NCBI GenBank assembly: GCA_041747075.1
Contig: JBGTFW010000169.1
Coordinates: forward strand, 527-64,526
Direction of reading: 5' to 3'
Length of the DNA stretch: 64,000 bases
Source of the DNA: Pirellulaceae bacterium
Lineage (GTDB): Bacteria > Planctomycetota > Planctomycetia > Pirellulales > Pirellulaceae
Shown here: positions 60,872 through 64,000 of the stretch, one piece after another
Layout of the letters: every line of letters begins with the position of its first letter
How positions within the stretch are numbered: the stretch's first letter is position 1
Position numbers and translations under genes: made by a program
Notes under the pieces: model-generated
What the model was told of the DNA's origin: nothing
Database searches by the model: none
The model's input: only the letters and a program-made list of their open reading frames with translations

Positions 60872-61159
60872 GCGTTGCGAATCGCCTGGGTTCCCGCCCC
60901 ACGCCGTCGCGGGGGCAGGCTCTCCGCGGGAATGAGGGAAGCATGGTCGCGCGTCATCCCTGCCAATGCGCGTCATCCCTGCGAAGCCGCGTCATCCCTG
61001 CGAAGCCGCGTCATCCCTGCGAAGCCGCGTCATCCCTGCGAAGGCAGGGATCGAGTGCCTTGAGCCATGCGTCCGCCTTTTTGCAGCCATTCAATGCGTT
61101 GCGAATCGCCTGGGTTCCCGCCCCACGCCGTCGCGGGGGCAGGCTCTCCGCGGGAATGA
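60872..61159. repeat. composite repeat: 64-bp direct repeats flanking a 19-bp tandem array that ends in a perfect hairpin
   Basis: The 64-mer gcgttgcgaatcgcctgggttcccgccccacgccgtcgcgggggcaggctctccgcgggaatga occurs identically at 60872-60935 and 61096-61159. Units of gcgtcatccctgcgaagcc run from 60951 to 61051, ending in atccctgc-gaag-gcagggat. Confidence 0.9.
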
Positions 61160-61211
61160 CGGAAGCGGCCAGCCACGAGGCCGTGGCATTCGGCGGCTAT
61201 AAACCAGTGGC

Positions 61212-62033
61212 TTAGGAATTCCAGAAGCGGTGGCCGCGCTGCGGGCCATCTTTGGTCAACGTGAGGATTTCCGGACCGTCCTCGTTCATGAGCACCGTGT
61301 GCTCAAATTGGGCCGAGAGCTTTCCGTCGGCTGTTCGCACCGTCCACCCGTCACGCTTGTTGACCGTCGTTCGGGCCGTACCGAGATTCACCATCGGTTC
61401 GACCGTAAAGCACATTCCCGGTTCGAGGCGGTCACGGCGACTTTGCTGGGTGGCAACGTGGGGAATATTGGGGCGTTGATGGAAAACGGTTCCGATCCCG
61501 TGTCCGACGTATTTGTCGACCACGCCATAGCCGTAGTTCTTCCGGACATAAGGCACAATCGCCTCGCCGATCGCCGAGACGCGGCATCCGGGAGTCAACG
61601 CATCGATCGCGAGATACAGACAATCGAGCGCGCATTGCGTCAATTCGATCGCGGCCGCCGAGGGGTTTCCTATTAGAAAGGTCTCGGACTGGTCTCCGTG
61701 CCAACCGTTGACGATCGTCGTGACATCGAGGTTTACAATATCGCCGTCGCGCAAGGTGTTTGCGGAGGGGATTCCGTGACAGACAACTTCGTTGACGCTG
61801 ATGCAGCAGCTTTTCGGAAACGCGCCCCATTCGCCTGGATAATTAAGACAGGCGGGAATATGCCCGTGCCTCGTCGTATACCGGTGGACTTCCTCGTCGA
61901 TCGCGTCGGTACGGACTCCGGGTTGCATCATGGGGCGGATATGGTCCATCAGGCCTGAATTGAACCGTCCCGCCGCGCGCATCAGATTTCGCTCTTTTTG
62001 CGTCAAGCGGATGCGGGGATTTTTTCGAATCAT
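61212..62033 (-). CDS. map: type I methionyl aminopeptidase
   Basis: VCHGIP, DIVNLDVT, GHGIG, FTVEPM and EHTV metal-ligand blocks. Confidence 0.9.
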   Translation of the reverse strand: MIRKNPRIRLTQKERNLMRAAGRFNSGLMDHIRPMMQPGVRTDAIDEEVHRYTTRHGHIPACLNYPGEWGAFPKSCCISVNEVVCHGIPSANTLRDGDIVNLDVTTIVNGWHGDQSETFLIGNPSAAAIELTQCALDCLYLAIDALTPGCRVSAIGEAIVPYVRKNYGYGVVDKYVGHGIGTVFHQRPNIPHVATQQSRRDRLEPGMCFTVEPMVNLGTARTTVNKRDGWTVRTADGKLSAQFEHTVLMNEDGPEILTLTKDGPQRGHRFWNS

Positions 62034-62672
62034 GCAACATTCCTGTCGATCCTCTGACGAGCGTCGAATGTGTCGTCGCGTCCGGGGGTAATAGTGGGCG
62101 AATGGCGGCTATTCTACCAATTGCCTGCCGCGGTTGAAGCGGGTTTGGCAGGGAATTATTTGGCCGCGCCCTGGAGGACTTTGGCATGAGGGATTGGTGA
62201 CACCGATGGAACCGCCGCCAGGCTCCGCAAGCAAGCGGGCGCGTCAGCTCACCCTGGGCGGATCGTAGCGGAACTCGCCAAGAGTTTCGGCGCGCGCCGC
62301 GCCCGCTTGCCTCCGCAGCCCGCTGGTTGGAGCGTCCTGCCCAATGGCCAACCACCACGCCAGCGGACACCTGCGGAAACACGGTTGCCATTTGAAACGT
62401 GAAGAAGTTGCGCGAAGCGAAAGGCTAATGCAAAGCCCGATTGAGACGGCGACGCAAGACGCGGTACAATAGAAGTTGAATCGGCAACGCAAACCAGCAC
62501 ATCCGCCGATGTTGGCCAGCGTAGCACAAGACCGAGCACGCAGCAAACATTTTCCATCGCAAGCAGTTGGACAGCAGCAACATCAAGAGCAACCGTCCGC
62601 GCACTCTCGTCAGCAACATCGGTCGGGAGTCGTCCAGCGAACGTCCAAGATCACGCAGTGGCCGCCTTGTGA

Positions 62673-63971
62673 TCATCCACTTGATTCCGCCGCGATCGGC
62701 CACTTGCGTGTATCGCATTGTTCGGTCTTATCCATCTCCTTTAGACAATCACCCGATGCTGCACCGAGGAAGTAGTCACGGCCACGCTGACTGATGGGTA
62801 TGCTGGCGGTCTGCATCATTGAGCGAAGGTCGGGATGTAACCCACCTGGTTCTCCGTCAGTCAGTATCTGACACATGCGAGTGCCTTCAACCTGGTCACC
62901 TAGATCAACAACGTGGAGGCTGTCCCACCTCTGCCCCGATCCTCCTTCGCCAGGGCTGTCCCCGCGATGGAAATAGAAAGTGAGATCAACATCGCGGTCG
63001 AGAAAGCCGCGATTGTCAGCGCGGACGAGATGAATGGTCCTTGAAACACCCAAGAAGTCGAATCGCAGGGACTCGTCAACATTATCTCCGCTTTTCTCAA
63101 CTCGGACATTGAGAAGCTGGGGCAACTGCTTCTCCAATGCTCGCGCTCTAGTGGGTTGCCCAATGTCGTAGAAGAAGAACTGTGTGCAATAGGGCAAGCC
63201 TAGGAGAATCGGCGTGATCAAATCCCTGCCGGATGAGGGGTAGAAAAGCGCATCGCGAGCACTGGGGTGCCTGGACGGAACGGGACACCGTGAAACAAAG
63301 GCGGCAATCAACCTTGAGTCCTCTGGCTTCATGCAACCAGAGGCAACCAGATCGACGACCTGGCTCTGCCCGATGTTCAGGAATTCACCGCTCTGAAAAA
63401 TGATGCGTATGGGGAGTTGAACGTAATCTGCCGCCACAGGCGTTTTCTCAACGGCTAGGAAGAAGAGTGAAACGAGGGACTTTAAGAAGATGTCGTATAC
63501 CTCTATCCTGCGTCGCTGATCGCGTTCGTATATCTCCCCGATCGACTTCGAGCCGTGGAATATGTTGTTCCTGACGAGGTAGACGAAGTAGCGGCATCCG
63601 CTGATGAGATCAAAAAAGGAACGGCTGGCTGTGGTTTCATTCTCAGAGCGCAGAAGATTGCGCAGTTTCGATAGCTTGGCAAAGAAACTGTTGCCTTGGT
63701 CTATCGATATGCGTGCGTCAGGAGTGATACGTGTCCAATCCCCATCAAGATCTTCAAGCTGGGAGATTGGATCAAAGGCGCGTCGTAGAATTGACGGGTT
63801 GGCTCGGCATCGGTCCCTCACGAACTTCTCCAGTCTCGCCTGCTGAGCAGATTCGGACAGCTCGTCTTGCCCCCAGGGAACCAGCGCATTCTGGTCGAAG
63901 CTCTGCGCCCAGTCATACTGGTAAAGGGAATTGAACAAGAAGAACTCGAAGACAAACGAGGTCGCGGGCAT
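62673..63971 (-). CDS. hypothetical two-domain protein with an N-terminal HEPN-like Rx4H motif
   Basis: 432-aa ORF in visibly AT-richer DNA. RNNIFH (nt 63555-63572) sits in the context FVYLVRNNIFHGSKSIGE, in a helical N-domain. The C-terminal ~230 aa (ALFYPSSGRDLITPILL...) are unassigned. Confidence 0.5.
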   Translation of the reverse strand: MPATSFVFEFFLFNSLYQYDWAQSFDQNALVPWGQDELSESAQQARLEKFVRDRCRANPSILRRAFDPISQLEDLDGDWTRITPDARISIDQGNSFFAKLSKLRNLLRSENETTASRSFFDLISGCRYFVYLVRNNIFHGSKSIGEIYERDQRRRIEVYDIFLKSLVSLFFLAVEKTPVAADYVQLPIRIIFQSGEFLNIGQSQVVDLVASGCMKPEDSRLIAAFVSRCPVPSRHPSARDALFYPSSGRDLITPILLGLPYCTQFFFYDIGQPTRARALEKQLPQLLNVRVEKSGDNVDESLRFDFLGVSRTIHLVRADNRGFLDRDVDLTFYFHRGDSPGEGGSGQRWDSLHVVDLGDQVEGTRMCQILTDGEPGGLHPDLRSMMQTASIPISQRGRDYFLGAASGDCLKEMDKTEQCDTRKWPIAAESSG

Positions 63972-64000
63972 CGTGGAGTGGGATTGCCCCCGATGTCGCT

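Noticed and set aside
60951-61051. Regularly spaced 19-bp repeats that might be a small CRISPR array
   Set aside because: The units are directly adjacent with no spacers, and the period of 19 bp is too short. No cas genes or leader are nearby. It is a tandem repeat of half a palindrome.
60665-61215. ORFs encoding VIPAKPRHPCEAASSLRSR-type repeats (60665..61063, 60943..61215, 60966..61202)
   Set aside because: These are translations of the 19-bp and 64-bp repeat complex, and every frame is open. They have no start context or family similarity.

Overview
High-GC bacterial chromosomal segment. The gene content suggests Planctomycetota, Pirellulales-like: TIGR03067-type secreted protein, HEAT-repeat and Ser/Thr-kinase/TPR remnants, and many signal-peptide hypotheticals. 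This is an inference, not a database result. I support about 40 protein-coding genes. Housekeeping genes are nupC-like, trxB, cstA, rimO, pgsA, thiC, metH, map and a fabG-like gene. Other content: a TolC-family lipoprotein; two CPBP proteases; an AAA+/VWA pair; a UbiA / TIM-barrel / degenerate phosphodiesterase block (ebo-like) coupled to 5-formyl-THF cyclo-ligase; and two adjacent large secreted proteins that share a roughly 440-aa C-terminal module. It also holds an XPB-like helicase with a DUF790 (Bax1-like) partner, and an AI-2E transporter coupled to a CHASE3 hybrid kinase, a receiver and a receiver-PP2C. There is an intact antitoxin next to a frameshifted ParE-like toxin, and a decayed kinase/TPR locus. 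At the right edge an AT-richer segment encodes a two-domain protein with a HEPN-type Rx4H motif. I found no rRNA, tRNA, CRISPR/cas, integrase or intact transposase. The intergenic DNA is unusually rich in several dispersed repeat families. One of them has a conserved stem supported by compensatory substitutions between its two copies. All coordinates and motifs come from reading the sequence. Family assignments rest on motif recognition only and need HMM or BLAST confirmation.
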